Below are positions 35,816-36,874 of a DNA stretch of 36,874 bases, piece after piece; position 1 is the stretch's first letter; every line of letters begins with the position of its first letter. A program made the translations under genes and the position numbers. This DNA comes from a virus. Taxonomy: Duplodnaviria; Caudoviricetes. Location of the stretch: positions 1 to 36,874 of IMG/VR virus record IMGVR_UViG_3300025357_000024. One strand, given 5' to 3'. The notes under the pieces are model-generated. The model searched no databases and had not been told where the DNA came from. It saw only the letters and a list, made by a program, of their open reading frames with translations.

Positions 35816-36309
35816 AATATCCTAAACTTAAACGCAATACTCAATCGTTGCGTTCTACAATAGATAGTCGGCTCTAATGGACAATGCCATAATTTAGAAT
35901 TGAAAAGAATAGCAGAATTGGACTCAGGCCAATAGGATTCTATACCATCACCATTCTTAATCATTAAATGCCCACCATATTCAGGTTGCCAATCTTCATG
36001 TAAATAATATACCAATGAATAATCGCATCCAGGTATATCTTGATGAAATTGTCCACACTGGCCATGAGATTGACCGTTAGCATATAATCTATAAACTTCT
36101 ATCTGTTTATTAAGATAGTTTTGTATTTTGGATTTGAATAGTTCTTTGGATTTTACACAATTAAAAAGGTCTTTATACCAAAACAACCTAGTTAATGGAG
36201 TATCTTGGCTGAAACCTTCCAGATTCCACTGGAAGGTTTCGCTTTCGAATTTTATGTTGTTTTTTTCTTCTTGTGTAAAGAAATTTTTCCATACTATAAT
36301 AGTTTCCAT
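35812..36309 (-). CDS. 2OG-Fe(II) oxygenase (prolyl-4-hydroxylase-like)
   Basis: HQD...YYLHEDWQPEYGG...F.S..WH...RLSIAF, giving the HxD...H triad and the RxS 2OG-binding motif. Confidence 0.9.
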   Translation of the reverse strand: METIIVWKNFFTQEEKNNIKFESETFQWNLEGFSQDTPLTRLFWYKDLFNCVKSKELFKSKIQNYLNKQIEVYRLYANGQSHGQCGQFHQDIPGCDYSLVYYLHEDWQPEYGGHLMIKNGDGIESYWPESNSAILFNSKLWHCPLEPTIYCRTQRLSIAFKFRIL

Positions 36310-36349
36310 TCAACATCCAACATCAAAGTCGTCCTCAACTGTTTCATCC

Positions 36350-36378
36350 ATTATATATTATCCTTTTATAAATGTCAA
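36350..36378 (-). promoter_or_regulatory. Consensus sigma70-type promoter upstream of the 2OG oxygenase
   Basis: TTGACA (36378-36373), 17-nt spacer, TATAAT (36355-36350). Confidence 0.8.
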
Positions 36379-36381
36379 CCT

Positions 36382-36874
36382 TTAGAGGCCCATTTCGGTC
36401 TTCTGTATTATATATTCTTTTACCACACCGCTTCGAACGATGTCCTCAATGTTAAACTCAATATGACGGAATGATGGCATACGGCGAGTAACGGCCATCA
36501 GTTCTTTAATACCAGTTTTCTCATGTGGTTTATGTAGGTCAGTTTGGCGATAATCACCACAGAAAACAATACGAGAGTTTTGACCTATACGGGTCATAAC
36601 TGTATCAATTTCCTGGAATGTCATATTATTGCACTCGTCAACAATGATAATACAATCGTTAAATGTCATACCACGTAAGAAGGAAGTAGTAGTAAATTCT
36701 ACTAGGCCCTTTAACTTCAAAATCTTCCATCCGTCACCACGACCAAATAAGTCATCACAAATTTCTTGGTAAGGTTGTTCGTAAACTTCCGATTTTTGTT
36801 TGTCGGTTCCTGGTAGGAATCCCATGTCGCGGCTTGGTACGACCGATCGGATGATAACAACCTTCTTATATGTC
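36382..36874 (-). CDS. phoH: PhoH-like ATPase, 5' part beyond the window
   Basis: Frame open to the window end: KKVVIIRSVVPSRDMGFLPG...SFLRGMTF...IIVDECNN...TRIGQNSRIVFCGDYRQTDL...DIVRSGVVKEYI. Confidence 0.95.
   Translation of the reverse strand, partial: TYKKVVIIRSVVPSRDMGFLPGTDKQKSEVYEQPYQEICDDLFGRGDGWKILKLKGLVEFTTTSFLRGMTFNDCIIIVDECNNMTFQEIDTVMTRIGQNSRIVFCGDYRQTDLHKPHEKTGIKELMAVTRRMPSFRHIEFNIEDIVRSGVVKEYIIQKTEMGL

Noticed and set aside
36310-36312. Selenocysteine or recoded TGA joining the mini-ORF to the oxygenase
   Set aside because: No evident SECIS hairpin follows, and TGA serves as a normal stop elsewhere (gp4, gp26, gp32, gp33).

Overview
The whole window is a segment of a large T4-like (Tevenvirinae/Kyanoviridae-style) myovirus genome. 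Its host is most likely an alphaproteobacterium, inferred from the tmRNA type. Positions 1-26.5 kb are a minus-strand virion module: several Asn/Ala-repeat tail-fibre genes, a hexapeptide-repeat protein, a 2169-aa VrlC/DUF4815-like structural protein, baseplate gp8, gp7, gp6 and gp25, an apparently split gp5, a gp27-like hub, gp53, gp2 and gp4. Positions 26.6-31.7 kb are a plus-strand gp48/gp54-like/gp26/gp51 block ending in a 929-aa protein with two peptidoglycan-hydrolase-like domains. Positions 31.7-36.9 kb are a minus-strand gp32/gp59/gp33/exonuclease/2OG-Fe(II) oxygenase/phoH block. The most striking element is at about 34300-34710: a circularly permuted (two-piece, alphaproteobacterial-type) tmRNA gene encoding the tag ANDNFAPLDIALAA. 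Its 185-nt intervening segment carries the start of a 77-aa ORF that runs into the tmRNA coding piece and stops 2 nt before the resume codon, so tmRNA maturation would leave a stop-less 58-codon mRNA. All product calls rest on motif recognition and synteny by eye; no searches were run.
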